Shown here in pieces: positions 1 to 10,559 of a DNA stretch of 64,000 bases. A program made the position numbers and the translations under genes. The stretch covers positions 224,001-288,000 of the forward strand of contig CAWBZI010000006.1 of the NCBI GenBank assembly GCA_963793265.1, in the 5' to 3' direction. The notes beneath the pieces were generated by a model. It saw only the letters and a list, made by a program, of their open reading frames with translations. It did no database searches and was not told the DNA's origin. Source of the DNA: an uncultured cyanobacterium. Its GTDB lineage: Bacteria; Cyanobacteriota; Cyanobacteriia; Phormidesmidales; Phormidesmidaceae. Position 1 is the first letter of the stretch; each line of letters starts with the position of its first letter.

Positions 1-133
1 CAAAAATTCAGACAGAGAAAGTAGTTTAAGCAATATTGAGTAATTAATATTAGGATAGAAATAATGAAGCAAGATTGTTCATACTTCGCTATGCCACTGA
101 CCTCCGTACCCCTAATCCAGAGGAAATCTATAC

Positions 134-1012
134 GTGTTGCCTAAGTCTTGGGTGTGGTGTGGTGCTTTGAGCATGGCGCTCTTATTAGCGACTGTTACGA
201 TCAAAACGCAGGCCCAGCAGTCTGAGTCATCACCAGGATTCCTGGTTGGTGCCAAGGAACAAGCGACCAATAACGACATTCTAGAGACAGTGGTTTCGAG
301 CGATGTGGTGTACTTAGCTGAAACCCATAGCGACCCTGCCGACCATGCCGCTCAGCTAGAAATCGTGCAGGCGCTTAGCGAAAAGCGCGACGTTGCCATT
401 GGCCTAGAAATGTTTCAGCGGCCTTTTCAACCCGTTTTAGATAGTTACTTAGCCGGTAGCCTCACCGAAGCAGACCTGATTGAGCAAAGCGAATACGAAA
501 CTCGCTGGGGCTTTGACTGGGAGTTTTATGCGCCTATCGTGCGCTACGCAAAAGCTAACGATATTCCTTTAATTGCGCTAAATACGCCCGCTGAAATTAC
601 GCGCAAAGTAGCCCTCACTGGCTTGGAGAGTTTAGCCGGTGACGACCTCACCTACATTCCGCCTGTCGCTGATATTAGTACTGACAATGAAGACTATAAA
701 GCTTCTATTGCAGAGGTGTTTAGCGCTCACGGTGATATGGGCCATAGCTTGAACTTTGAGAACTTCTTTGCAGCGCAAGTGCTGTGGGATGAAACCATGG
801 CCGAGCGTGTAGCCACTCAGCTACAGACTGAGCCTGAACGACAGGTTATTGTATTAGCCGGTGAGGCCCATATCCTTTACGGCTACGGTATTCCAGATCG
901 AGTTGCCCGGCGAGTGCCTGAAGTCGATCACGTTAGTGTATGGCTAGCGCCCGATTTTGAATCGACTAGCGAACCGGACGCGGCAGATTTTGTCTGGCTA
1001 ACATCCGAGTAA
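134..1012 (+). CDS. ChaN-family (haem-uptake/Tiki superfamily) exported protein
   Basis: Signal-like N-terminus; [43 protein letters not shown] motifs. Confidence 0.85.
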   Translation: MLPKSWVWCGALSMALLLATVTIKTQAQQSESSPGFLVGAKEQATNNDILETVVSSDVVYLAETHSDPADHAAQLEIVQALSEKRDVAIGLEMFQRPFQPVLDSYLAGSLTEADLIEQSEYETRWGFDWEFYAPIVRYAKANDIPLIALNTPAEITRKVALTGLESLAGDDLTYIPPVADISTDNEDYKASIAEVFSAHGDMGHSLNFENFFAAQVLWDETMAERVATQLQTEPERQVIVLAGEAHILYGYGIPDRVARRVPEVDHVSVWLAPDFESTSEPDAADFVWLTSE

Positions 1013-2106
1013 GTCTGCGCCTTAGACGCGCGAAGCTGACCGCAGGCGGCGTCCTTCTCAAGGCCGCGCGAATAGCGAACGCTGACGGCGATGCCCTTAT
1101 CTTTGAGCTGCTGCGTAAAGTCTTCTACCCGCTGGCGAGTCGGGCGCTTGTAGTCTACTTCGGTGATGGGATTATAAGGAATCAGATTCACGTGACTTTG
1201 GAAGCCGCGCAACTCACTGGCAAGCTCTAGGGCGTGCTCCGGCAGGTCGTTGAGATCAGCGAGCACAATGTACTCAAAGGTGACCCGTCTACCAGTGAGC
1301 TTAACGTAGTCTTTGCACTCGTCTAGCAGATCCGTTAGAGGGTAGTGCTCGGCGCTGGGAATGAGCTGAGTGCGGAGTGCCTGGTTGCTGGCGTGCAGGC
1401 TCACGGCCAAAGTGATTTGCAACTGCTGCTCGGCCAGGCGGCGAATATGGCCGGGGATGCCGACGGTGGACACTGTAATCGAGCGCTGACCAATGCCGAT
1501 GTCTTGATTGAGCGATCGCACCGCAGCCACCACATTCGTCGTATTCAGTAAGGGCTCACCCATGCCCATAAACACAATATTGCTCACCCGCCGCTCAAAG
1601 TCTTCTTGAACGGTAAGCACCTGATCGACAATTTCGTAGGTTTCTAGATTGCGTGCAAAGCCGCCTTTACCCGTGGCGCAAAAGTCGCAGCCCATCGGAC
1701 AGCCAATCTGCGATGAGACACATACCGTCAATCGCTTATCAGAAGGAATGCCGACTGCTTCAATAATGTGGCCGTCGGTCAGCTTGAGCAGGTATTTGAC
1801 GGTGCCGTCAGGCGACTCAGAGCGAAAGTGGATATGCGATCGCCCCACCGGAAAATTCTTTACCTCAGCCCGCCACTTTTTAGAGAACACCGTCACCTCA
1901 TCTAGTGACCGAATCCCCTTTTGATAAATCCACTGATGAAGCTGCTTGCCGCGGTAAGCGGGCTGGCTATGCTGCACCACCCATTCGGTCAGCGATTCGA
2001 CGGAGCGACCGAGCAAAGGCATCTCGCTGGCTAGGCTTGAGCCCCGCAGCATATCTGGTTCGGCAGAGACATCTGCTGCTAATGCGTTGGCCGTCGTTGC
2101 AACCAT
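928..2106 (-). CDS. rlmN: 23S rRNA A2503 C2-methyltransferase (radical SAM)
   Basis: [18 protein letters not shown] (CxxxCxxC), MGMGEP, DAACGQL. Confidence 0.95.
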   Translation of the reverse strand: MVATTANALAADVSAEPDMLRGSSLASEMPLLGRSVESLTEWVVQHSQPAYRGKQLHQWIYQKGIRSLDEVTVFSKKWRAEVKNFPVGRSHIHFRSESPDGTVKYLLKLTDGHIIEAVGIPSDKRLTVCVSSQIGCPMGCDFCATGKGGFARNLETYEIVDQVLTVQEDFERRVSNIVFMGMGEPLLNTTNVVAAVRSLNQDIGIGQRSITVSTVGIPGHIRRLAEQQLQITLAVSLHASNQALRTQLIPSAEHYPLTDLLDECKDYVKLTGRRVTFEYIVLADLNDLPEHALELASELRGFQSHVNLIPYNPITEVDYKRPTRQRVEDFTQQLKDKGIAVSVRYSRGLEKDAACGQLRASKAQTYSDVSQTKSAASGSLVDSKSGASHTLT

Positions 2107-2267
2107 AAAACCTATAAACCAGGGCTAGAAATACTGATCAAAGAATACACGAGGTTCGATTGTAGCGACTATCGATACCAATCGTTTGTAGAACCAGTTT
2201 GCAAGAACAAATAGTAACAGCCGGAGAGCGTAAGGTCTTACGCCCTCCGACGCGGCAACGCCAAAGA

Positions 2268-3050
2268 TCACTGTCGAAGGTCACCATCGTTCATCAAATC
2301 AACCAAACCCTCAGTCAGCGCTTTGGGATCCATAAAGAGCACCTTAGAATTATCGCTCTCGCCAATTTTCTGATTAGCCGCCACGTAGCGCTGAGCTAGC
2401 AAATACTGCAATACTTCCTTGCCGTTACCTGTCGCTTCCAAAGCCTGAGAAAGCAACCGCATCGACTCTACGTCAGCCTGAGCCTCTGAAATTTTAGCGT
2501 TCTTCTCATACGAAGCCGCCCGCTCCTTTTGCATCGCATCAAGCACATTCTGAGGCGGATCAAGCTTTTGAATCTCAACTCGGTTTACCTTTAGCCCCCA
2601 GGGCGCAGTCGCCTCGTCAAGCACATCAAGCAGCGCGCGGTTGATATCGTCTCTCGAAGAAAAGAGCTGCTGAAAGTCCGTTTTACCCACTTCCGAACGC
2701 AGCGTCGTAATCACTAGCTCCTGCATTGCAAACTCCACGTCTTCAACGGCGTAGTAAGTGCGCTCCAGGTTGTAAATGCGCCAGTAGATAATAGCGTCTA
2801 CTTCGAGGTTAACGTTGTCTTTGGTAATCGCTCGCTGCGGCGGAATATCTAAGGTTTGCTCGCGCAAGGAGTCTTCGAGCACGACTGAATCTAGCAGCGG
2901 CACAATAATATTCAGGCCCGGTTCGAGCGTACTTCTGTACCGGCCCAGCCGCTCTACTAATGCGGCATTGCCCTCTTTGATAATGCGTACCGATCCGACA
3001 CCGTAGCCAACAGCGATAAACGCAAGGATGGCAATAATTGAAGAGAACAT
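2268..3050 (-). CDS. SPFH/stomatin-like membrane protein
   Basis: N-terminal TM; VERLGRY...PGL, AITKDNV, WGLKVNRVEI. Confidence 0.9.
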   Translation of the reverse strand: MFSSIIAILAFIAVGYGVGSVRIIKEGNAALVERLGRYRSTLEPGLNIIVPLLDSVVLEDSLREQTLDIPPQRAITKDNVNLEVDAIIYWRIYNLERTYYAVEDVEFAMQELVITTLRSEVGKTDFQQLFSSRDDINRALLDVLDEATAPWGLKVNRVEIQKLDPPQNVLDAMQKERAASYEKNAKISEAQADVESMRLLSQALEATGNGKEVLQYLLAQRYVAANQKIGESDNSKVLFMDPKALTEGLVDLMNDGDLRQ

Positions 3051-3349
3051 GGGCGGTGGCTCTTGAAGTGTGCTCTCTACTTAGCACATCGGACTAAGAA
3101 AGTATAGATGAAAATATCAAGCTTCGTCCTAACGCATCGCAACGCTCCCGTGTGTTTCGCTAGAAACCCAATAATACCAGTGGGCACGTTAGTAACATCT
3201 GAACCTATTTTACACGCGACTTTGACGCGACTCGCTTTCTCTCGTTTTTATGGGCGATCGCAACCAAGTCTATTTGATTTCTGTCTAACTTTTGACTTCT
3301 GAACTCATTAGGTTCAATCGATATTACCCAGTTTTTTTGATATAAATTC

Positions 3350-4108
3350 ATGCGCGTACAAAATATTTTCACGTGGGGCGTGCTTGGCGCGCTATCAATG
3401 ACTTTCAGCGGCAGTTGGCTAATGCCCACCCAAACAGCATTAGCGAATGCTTCGACTACCACGGCCAGTTCCACAGCTGCTTTAGCCGCCGAGCCAGCGC
3501 CAAACACCGCCCGTCTGAATCTGGCTCAGATGCACATAGCTCAGGTAAACAACGCTGATTTGGCCTGCTATCTTCGTAGCTTAGAAGGCATTCAATACGA
3601 CTTGAGCGCGCTATGTGGTGGCTTCGTAGCGCAAGAAGTTGTGCTGCAAACCGGCGACGTGCAGGTAACGCTGCGCTGGGACACCTCCGATGATTTGGAT
3701 CTATACGTACAAGATCCTGCTGGCGACGAAGTATATTACGGCAACCCAGCAGTTGCTTCAGGTGGACTGCTAGACGTAGACGCGAATGCAGGATGCGCTC
3801 AACAGATGGCTTCGCCCGTAGAGAACATCTACTGGCCGACCGATGGCGGCGTGCCAGGAGACTACGTAGTCACCGTCGATTTGTTTAGCTATTGCGGTGA
3901 CGAAGTACCGATTAACTTTACGCTAACAACGCTGGTGAAAGGCGAAACCCAAACTCAAACCGGCACCGTTTCTAGCGATCAGCCCTCGGTTAGCTTCCCG
4001 TTTACATTCCCCGAAGCAGGCACAGCTCCCGCGGGGGCAGAAGCCGAAGCGCTACCAACAGTAGCACCAAGCGGCCAACCGGCTATGCCCGCGCCAGCAG
4101 CAAGTTAA
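3350..4108 (+). CDS. Exported YfaP/DUF2135-like protein
   Basis: Signal peptide; GDVQVTLRWD-DLDLYVQDP, GGLLDVDAN, PVENIYWP. Confidence 0.7.
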   Translation: MRVQNIFTWGVLGALSMTFSGSWLMPTQTALANASTTTASSTAALAAEPAPNTARLNLAQMHIAQVNNADLACYLRSLEGIQYDLSALCGGFVAQEVVLQTGDVQVTLRWDTSDDLDLYVQDPAGDEVYYGNPAVASGGLLDVDANAGCAQQMASPVENIYWPTDGGVPGDYVVTVDLFSYCGDEVPINFTLTTLVKGETQTQTGTVSSDQPSVSFPFTFPEAGTAPAGAEAEALPTVAPSGQPAMPAPAAS

Positions 4109-4145
4109 TCTTTAACAACCGTCAAAAAGATTCATTAGCAAGCGT

Positions 4146-4181
4146 AAAACAGCCGCTCTTTGCAAAGAGCGGCTGTTTTTT
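4146..4181. terminator. Bidirectional intrinsic terminator
   Basis: aaaacagccgctcttt-gc-aaagagcggctgtttttt between convergent genes. Confidence 0.85.
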
Positions 4182-4206
4182 GATCAAACTTCCTGCAACC
4201 GAACGG

Positions 4207-5892
4207 CTACTTTGCGGGTAGCTCCAGAGGAATTTCCACAATAAAAGCCGTTTGATTATGGCTACTTTCTACTTCAATAGAGCCTTCTAAGTGGCTAATA
4301 AGCTTCTGGGCAAGCGCTAAGCCTAATCCCGTGCCGCCTTGCTTCCAAGGATCGGCGCTCGGCACCCGATAAAACTTGTCAAAAATGCGCTGACGCTCCT
4401 CTTCAGCAATTTCAACCCCCGTATTCACAACGCTAAAGCGCATACTGCTCGCGCCGCCTGACACTGAAATATGAATGCTGTGATTAGGCGGCGTGTATTT
4501 GCAGGCGTTATTGATTAGCTCTGCTAGGACGCGCTCAAGGCTAGCTAAATCAGAAATGAGTTCGGGCAAATTCTCAGGAACGGTAACTATAAGGGTCTGA
4601 TCCCGGCTCTTGGCACGTGGCTTGAAGCCATTGACCAAGTTGGGTAGCCAGTTGGTCAAGTCAATAGGCTGAAGCAGCATAGGATGGTTGCCGACATCGA
4701 GCCTTTGCAGATCTAGCAGATCGTTGATCAGGCTAATTTCCCGTTCACACTCTTCTTTTAGAATGCGGTAGTAGCGGGCGAGACGGCCCTGCTCTATTTG
4801 GGGCTTTTCTAGCTCGTTATCCAGGTCGTATTCCTGATTGAGCGTAACCCCCAGAAGCTGAAGCGCCACGCGCATACTGGTCACAGGCGTACGCAATTCG
4901 TGAGAAACCGTACTAAGAAAGTCGTCTTTGAGCGTGTTTACGCGCTCTAGCTCGCGGACTTGGGATTGAGATTCTTGATAGAGACGGGCCTGGCGAATGG
5001 CGATCGCACACTGATTGGTCACCTGCTCCACCAGGCGAATATCAATTTCAGTCAGGCAAGAATCGGCATCATTGATCAGCCACAGATCGCCTAAAACATC
5101 GCGATCGTCTCTAATTGGCGCAGCAAACATCGACACCAAACCGCGTTCAGGATTAGGAAAGGTCGAGCAAAACTGTAGATATTGTCCGGCTAGCAAAAGC
5201 TGGTATACCTCCGAGTAGGCTTCCATTTGCGAAACCCGGCCCCGCATCGGCGCAATCCCTGCCGAGCACTCATGCAGTACCGTCGAGGTGCCCTGCTCTA
5301 GGTCATATAGCGCGGTGTTTGCGGCTTTTATATTGAGCGCTTTTACCAGCTCGTCAACCGCTGTCTGTAAAATCTGCTGCTCGTCTAAGCTATCGCGAAC
5401 GCGATCGGTAATTCGCTTCAGCGTCGCCTCTAAATGCAGCGCCGTATCGAGCTTTTCTTGATTGGCCTGAAGCTGCTCGGTGAGCATTCTATTAGCCGCT
5501 TGGGTGCTGGCCAACTCGGTCACGTTTTGCAGGGTATTAATTAGCGCTGGCTGGCCGTCTATATCAATAAGCTGCCGGTGACCAATCACCTGACAGTTGC
5601 CATTAAACGTAAGCGGCTCGGTGCTAGGCTGCTGCGAGGCAAAAAAGAGATCGTCTTGCCCAGCAAGCTGATGAGCAATCTGCTGAGGCAAAAAGTCCGT
5701 TTCGCTACGACCGATAATGGCCTCTGCGCTTAAGCCAATCAAATCAGCGCCCGCAGCATTGACGTAGATCCACCGGTGCTGATTGTTTTTCACATAGACA
5801 GGCTGAGCCGAGTGGCTCGTGAGGGCTGAGGCGATCGCGCCTAGAAGATTGGACATAGCAATTGACCCGGACTGGCTAACTGAAAGGCTCAT
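4207..5892 (-). CDS. PAS-GAF sensor histidine kinase
   Basis: PAS-like N-terminus, GAF (CAIAIRQARLY), H-box VSHELRTP, ELINNACKY, GGTGLGL. Confidence 0.9.
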   Translation of the reverse strand: MSLSVSQSGSIAMSNLLGAIASALTSHSAQPVYVKNNQHRWIYVNAAGADLIGLSAEAIIGRSETDFLPQQIAHQLAGQDDLFFASQQPSTEPLTFNGNCQVIGHRQLIDIDGQPALINTLQNVTELASTQAANRMLTEQLQANQEKLDTALHLEATLKRITDRVRDSLDEQQILQTAVDELVKALNIKAANTALYDLEQGTSTVLHECSAGIAPMRGRVSQMEAYSEVYQLLLAGQYLQFCSTFPNPERGLVSMFAAPIRDDRDVLGDLWLINDADSCLTEIDIRLVEQVTNQCAIAIRQARLYQESQSQVRELERVNTLKDDFLSTVSHELRTPVTSMRVALQLLGVTLNQEYDLDNELEKPQIEQGRLARYYRILKEECEREISLINDLLDLQRLDVGNHPMLLQPIDLTNWLPNLVNGFKPRAKSRDQTLIVTVPENLPELISDLASLERVLAELINNACKYTPPNHSIHISVSGGASSMRFSVVNTGVEIAEEERQRIFDKFYRVPSADPWKQGGTGLGLALAQKLISHLEGSIEVESSHNQTAFIVEIPLELPAK

Positions 5893-6109
5893 TACGCAAT
5901 TAAACGGTTGTCAATGTAGATAAGGTGCCCCACTTCGTCTCAAAATATAAGCCAATATTGATATATCCGCTGTGAGAGCCGTCAGCGCTAGAGAAATACA
6001 CATAAATACTTGTGAAGCCTTTAAGCAAGCCAGCATATTTACCAGCTTAGGATGACTTATCGAGACACCATTTGGCAGTTTCATCCTCTAGTCATTAACT
6101 TTATTGCTT

Positions 6110-6796
6110 ATGTCTTCAGCCGATTTAACCGGTTCTGGCCTGTTCTTAGTTTCGCCTGACGTTACAGCAAGCATCGAGAAAGCAGGCATCAAGCAGAATA
6201 GCGGCGCGCCGCTGAAGTTAGGCGTGATGGCCTCGGGCAGCGGTAGTAACTTTGAGGCGATCGCGACTGCTATCAATCAAGGCACCCTCAACGCGCGTGT
6301 CGAAATTGTCATCTACAACAATCCCAAAGCAAAAGTAGTCGAGCGAGCGAGTCGCCTAGGGATTGCCACAAAACTGCTAGACCACCGTACTTTTGAGTCG
6401 AGAGAAGCCTTAGACGAAGCTATTGTGCAGGCACTGACAGCAGCAGGCGTCGAATGGGTAGTGATGGCAGGTTGGATGCGGCGGGTCACACAGCGGCTAA
6501 TCTCAGCATTTCCCCGACGCATTTTGAACATTCATCCGAGCCTGCTGCCTAGTTTTCCGGGGGTAAGAGCAGTAGAGCAAGCCCTAGCGGCTAAGGTAAA
6601 AATTGCAGGCTGTAGCGTTCATTTTGTAGAGCTAATCGTCGATAGCGGGCCGATCATTATGCAAGCAGCCGTACCCGTGCTCGCTGATGACAGTGTAGAA
6701 ACGTTGCAGGCCCGCATTCAGGTACAGGAGCATCGGATTTTTCCGCTGGCCATAGCGATCGCCGCTCAGCAGGCAGCTAGCAATCCAGACAGCTAG
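6110..6796 (+). CDS. purN: Phosphoribosylglycinamide formyltransferase
   Basis: ASGSGSNFEA, MAGWMR, LNIHPSLLPSFPG, DSGPII; ATG at 6110 preferred over TTG at 6104. Confidence 0.95.
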   Translation: MSSADLTGSGLFLVSPDVTASIEKAGIKQNSGAPLKLGVMASGSGSNFEAIATAINQGTLNARVEIVIYNNPKAKVVERASRLGIATKLLDHRTFESREALDEAIVQALTAAGVEWVVMAGWMRRVTQRLISAFPRRILNIHPSLLPSFPGVRAVEQALAAKVKIAGCSVHFVELIVDSGPIIMQAAVPVLADDSVETLQARIQVQEHRIFPLAIAIAAQQAASNPDS

Positions 6797-7550
6797 CAAG
6801 CCAGACAGACAGCTAGATCAATATAGATAGATCAAACAGCAACCGTTTAAACCTAGAAAGCATAAAAACTCAACAACATAAATCAATGGCTTTCCCAATG
6901 TTTTATAAACCGTTGAGATACTGTAAAGATCAGGCGTAAGTATCAATGCGCTAGTGGATTCACTTAAGTGTTACTGATAATATTTTGAGAAGCGGATAAA
7001 GGCCAAGGCAAAGTATTAGTAATAACTAGCAAAGAGTTGACTTTCGGCTATTTTCTAGGCAGACACAATGCTTATTGACCTGCGTCATCTAACGCCCTCA
7101 GCAAACAACAGTTAAAGACAATTAAAAATAGTGATGACCTATCTATTTGCAATGCTAGCAACCGTCAGCTTGTACTATTTACTGGAATAAAGCTTATTTA
7201 CGCGATTAAGGTCTATAAACAAGGCTTTACGAGTATAATTAACGCTTTATCTGGCTTTATCAATTCCTCCTAACAGGCTAAAACTTAGCGGCTTATACGG
7301 ACAAGCGATCGTTACTTTGTAGAAGAGATATCAAATAATATAGTTCTTTTAACGGAGTTAACTATCAACATAAGTTGCTATGTTTTAGTTGCCACAAATA
7401 TGGCTCATGGGTGGACGTCAACTCCCTATTGATTGCGAACGTAATTGCGAGCGTTTGTTTTACTCTTTTTCGTCTTTTGATGAAGTTTTTATCCGGAGGA
7501 TAATAACAATTCAAAGAAGATAGAAATGTGAGTCATTAGGGTTCAACAAA

Positions 7551-7829
7551 ATGTTCGGAATGTCAAATTTTAAGTTATCGAGTGCTAAGTCAACTGCGAG
7601 ATCTAATGAGCTTGAATCGTTAGTGCGCACAGCAATGCTAAACGGTGAGCTTTCTCCCGGTGTGGCCGCGCAAGTAGAACAGTATCGCGCGGGCAAGCCT
7701 TCTTGTGAAGAAAGACGAATGCTCGCTATTTTAGATGATGCGATCGCCGATGGCTGCGTCATCCCAGTAGAGCTATCGGTAATGCCCTCACGTCGTCAGG
7801 TTGCCTACAGCTTTATCGAGCGGCGCTAG
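7551..7829 (+). CDS. Small hypothetical protein
   Basis: Protein-like helical composition; resembles small conserved cyanobacterial proteins (impression only). Confidence 0.55.
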   Translation: MFGMSNFKLSSAKSTARSNELESLVRTAMLNGELSPGVAAQVEQYRAGKPSCEERRMLAILDDAIADGCVIPVELSVMPSRRQVAYSFIERR

Positions 7830-8041
7830 AATAGCGCTACGACTAATAGGTGCTACAGCCAACAGGTGCTACGGCTATCAATTGCGATCAGGCAGTATCA
7901 GAAGGCATGGAGATGCGCTTTTAGGCAGATGGCGTCAGCGTTCACAACTTTTACACTTTTAAATAACTCCGTAGCCTATATATTCTTAGAGCTACAAACA
8001 AGACGGTTTTTTGCCGTCTTTTTATTTGCTGAGCGCGCTAA

Positions 8042-8761
8042 ATGTCATTGACCAGTCCCCTCGAAGTTTCTCGCTGGATGCTATTTTCTATGGGCATCCG
8101 CATCCGGCTGCATCATGCAGAGCGCCTGCCCACGTCGCCCTTTTTGATGATCTCAAATCATCGCAGCTTCTTAGATGCGCCTTTGTTAATAGCCGCCTCA
8201 GCTAAGCCCGTGCACTTTGCCTGCCATCACTACATGTCGCAGGTGCCAGTGATGCGTAATGTAGTCGATGCGCTGGGCTGCTTTCCGCTAGACGAGCCGC
8301 AGCAGCGGGGGCGTAAGTTCTTTAAGCAGGCAACTGAGTTTTTGCAATCACAAGAATCCATCGGCGTCTTCCCCGAAGGCACCGACCCGATGATTGAAGT
8401 CCCTAGTCCCTCTCAGGTTGGCCCTTTTCAGCGAGGCTTTGCACATCTGGCCCTGCGCGCGCCCGTAGAAGAATTAAAGATAGTGCCCGCAGCTATCTTG
8501 GCGCTAGAAGAAACGCAGCGTTCTGCTGTGCCGTTTCAGCTACTGAGCTGGTTTGATCCGACTGAGCCCTTATTCCAGCAGTCCGGGTTGCATCCGGCGG
8601 TGATTTATCGGAAGGTAGCAGTGGTGATTGGCGAGCCTATTGCAATTAGCGACTGGGTGAAGCAGGGCTACGGCGGCAAGCGCTCTGGAAAAGTCGCCAC
8701 CGAGTTGAGCGAGCAATGTCACGATAAAGTTCAAGCCCTGCTTAAGGCAGGCTGCTATTAA
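8042..8761 (+). CDS. Lysophospholipid acyltransferase (PlsC/LPLAT family)
   Basis: NHRSFLD (HX4D) and VFPEG motifs. Confidence 0.9.
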   Translation: MSLTSPLEVSRWMLFSMGIRIRLHHAERLPTSPFLMISNHRSFLDAPLLIAASAKPVHFACHHYMSQVPVMRNVVDALGCFPLDEPQQRGRKFFKQATEFLQSQESIGVFPEGTDPMIEVPSPSQVGPFQRGFAHLALRAPVEELKIVPAAILALEETQRSAVPFQLLSWFDPTEPLFQQSGLHPAVIYRKVAVVIGEPIAISDWVKQGYGGKRSGKVATELSEQCHDKVQALLKAGCY

Positions 8762-8763
8762 CT

Positions 8764-9660
8764 GTGGTCGATGCCCAAAAACAAGCCAAAGATCAGGCCC
8801 AAGATCAGGCCCAAGACCAGGCTAAAAAACGAGCAGGCGAGGAGGTTTATGCCGACTATATTTCTAACCTTGCAGACAATGCGCCTGCTGCTAGCGCGGT
8901 TCGCCTGCAAGCGCCTAGACCCGCTCAGCCAAACAAGCCGCTATTTGTGTTTTTACCAGGGATGGACGGCACAGGCACACTGTTGCGATCACAGCTCGAT
9001 CGCTTAGTACCCTGGTTTGACATTCGCTGCGTCGCGATTTCGCCTCAAGACATGACGGGATGGGAGCTGCTAGCACGACGAGTAAGTCAGCTTATCAGCA
9101 AAGAAATTGGCGAGCGGCGGCGGGCGGTTTATCTGTGCGGCGAATCGTTCGGCGGCTGCTTGGCTATGAAAGTACTGACGCTCTCGCCCCATTTGTTTTC
9201 GCGAGTCATTTTAGTTAATCCAGCCTCTTCTTTCAGGCGATTGCCCTGGATGCAGCTAGGCTCGCTACTCACCCGGCGGCTGCCTAACATGGCCTACAGA
9301 TACAGTGCTAGGGGGCTCGTACCTTTTTTAATAGAGCCTTTTCAAGTTCCTCGGCGCGATCGCGAAGCCCTAGAAACAGCCATGGGCTCAGTGCCCGCCA
9401 AAACGGCAGCCTGGCGAATGGGCCTATTAGGGAACTTTGAAGTAGAGCGACTGCCGCTAGAGCGCATGATGCATCCGGTACTGTTGATTGCAGGTAGTAA
9501 CGATCGCCTGCTGCCTTCTGAGCGAGAAGCCAAAAGTTTGCAGGCCCGATTTCCTAACGCGCAGCTCACAATCTTGCCGGGCAGTGGCCATGCTTGCCTG
9601 CTAGAGCAAGGCATTAACCTCCAAAAAATACTGCGCCAGCATTCGTTTTTAGACGCTTAA
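8764..9660 (+). CDS. Alpha/beta hydrolase (ELT/PES hydrolase-domain-like)
   Basis: FLPGMDGTG, GESFGG nucleophile elbow, DRLLPS, SGHACLLE. Confidence 0.85.
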   Translation: MVDAQKQAKDQAQDQAQDQAKKRAGEEVYADYISNLADNAPAASAVRLQAPRPAQPNKPLFVFLPGMDGTGTLLRSQLDRLVPWFDIRCVAISPQDMTGWELLARRVSQLISKEIGERRRAVYLCGESFGGCLAMKVLTLSPHLFSRVILVNPASSFRRLPWMQLGSLLTRRLPNMAYRYSARGLVPFLIEPFQVPRRDREALETAMGSVPAKTAAWRMGLLGNFEVERLPLERMMHPVLLIAGSNDRLLPSEREAKSLQARFPNAQLTILPGSGHACLLEQGINLQKILRQHSFLDA

Positions 9661-9755
9661 TCATGTAAGTTGCTAGGCAAGATAGGGCGTATTGCCTTTA
9701 TTATTTAAAAACCAAGCGTAAAGCCCAAAAGTAAACTTCTTTAACTCTAAAGCCC

Positions 9756-10475
9756 ATGTCAAAGTTCTTTGGCTGGCTTCATCAGCTAAGCCGTCAGTTC
9801 ATCTGTTTTTTAGCGATCGCTCTATTGGCGACCCAAGCCGTAGCGGCTCCCGCTATGGCTACCGGCCTCTACAGTATGCCAGCGACCGCCAGCGATCAAA
9901 CCTGGGTCATTGACGATGCCGACCAGATTTCCAGGCTCAATGAAGGCAAGCTCAGCAGCGCTCTAAAGCAGCTATCTGCCGACACGGGTAACGAGGTTCG
10001 CTTCGTCACCATCCACCGGCTGGACTACGGCGAAACTGCTCAGTCGTTTGCCGATAAGCTCGCAGAACGCTGGTTCCCAACGCCCGAAGCCAGAGCCAAT
10101 CAGACGGTTATCGTACTTGATGATGTCACCAACAATATTGGTATTAGCGTGGGCAAGAGCACTGCAAATGTGCTGCCAGAAGACATCGCTCAGAGCGTGA
10201 CAGACGAAACGATGAAGGTGCCTTTGCTGCGCGGCAATCAGTACAACCAGGCATTTTTGAACGCATCCGATCGTCTGGTTGCGGTGATTTCTGGTGAGCC
10301 CGACCCAGGCCCGCCAGAGTACGACAATACAATAGACACCGATAGAAACTACGCCACGGCTGAAGAAACAGAAGCCACTCGCGGATCGTCTACAACGCTG
10401 GTGATTGTGCTGCTGATTGCAGCGACTGTCATCCCTATGGCCACCTACTACTGGTACATATCAGCAGGCGGCTAG
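9756..10475 (+). CDS. psb32: Photosystem II repair protein Psb32 (TPM domain)
   Basis: Signal peptide; VRFVTIHRLDYGET, PDPGPP, C-terminal TM IAATVIPMATYYWY. Confidence 0.85.
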   Translation: MSKFFGWLHQLSRQFICFLAIALLATQAVAAPAMATGLYSMPATASDQTWVIDDADQISRLNEGKLSSALKQLSADTGNEVRFVTIHRLDYGETAQSFADKLAERWFPTPEARANQTVIVLDDVTNNIGISVGKSTANVLPEDIAQSVTDETMKVPLLRGNQYNQAFLNASDRLVAVISGEPDPGPPEYDNTIDTDRNYATAEETEATRGSSTTLVIVLLIAATVIPMATYYWYISAGG

Positions 10476-10500
10476 GTTCTTTTATTGACTATTAAAAAGA

Positions 10501-10536
10501 AAAAAGGGAGGCACCTGCTACGGGCCTCCCTTTTTT
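10501..10536. terminator. Bidirectional intrinsic terminator
   Basis: aaaaagggaggc...gcctccctttttt between convergent genes. Confidence 0.8.
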
Positions 10537-10559
10537 AATGGCGTGTTTTCTCAACGTTT

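Noticed and set aside
8779..8826. 12-bp tandem repeats (KQAKDQAQDQAQDQAK)
   Set aside because: In-frame low-complexity N-terminal linker with no evidence of function
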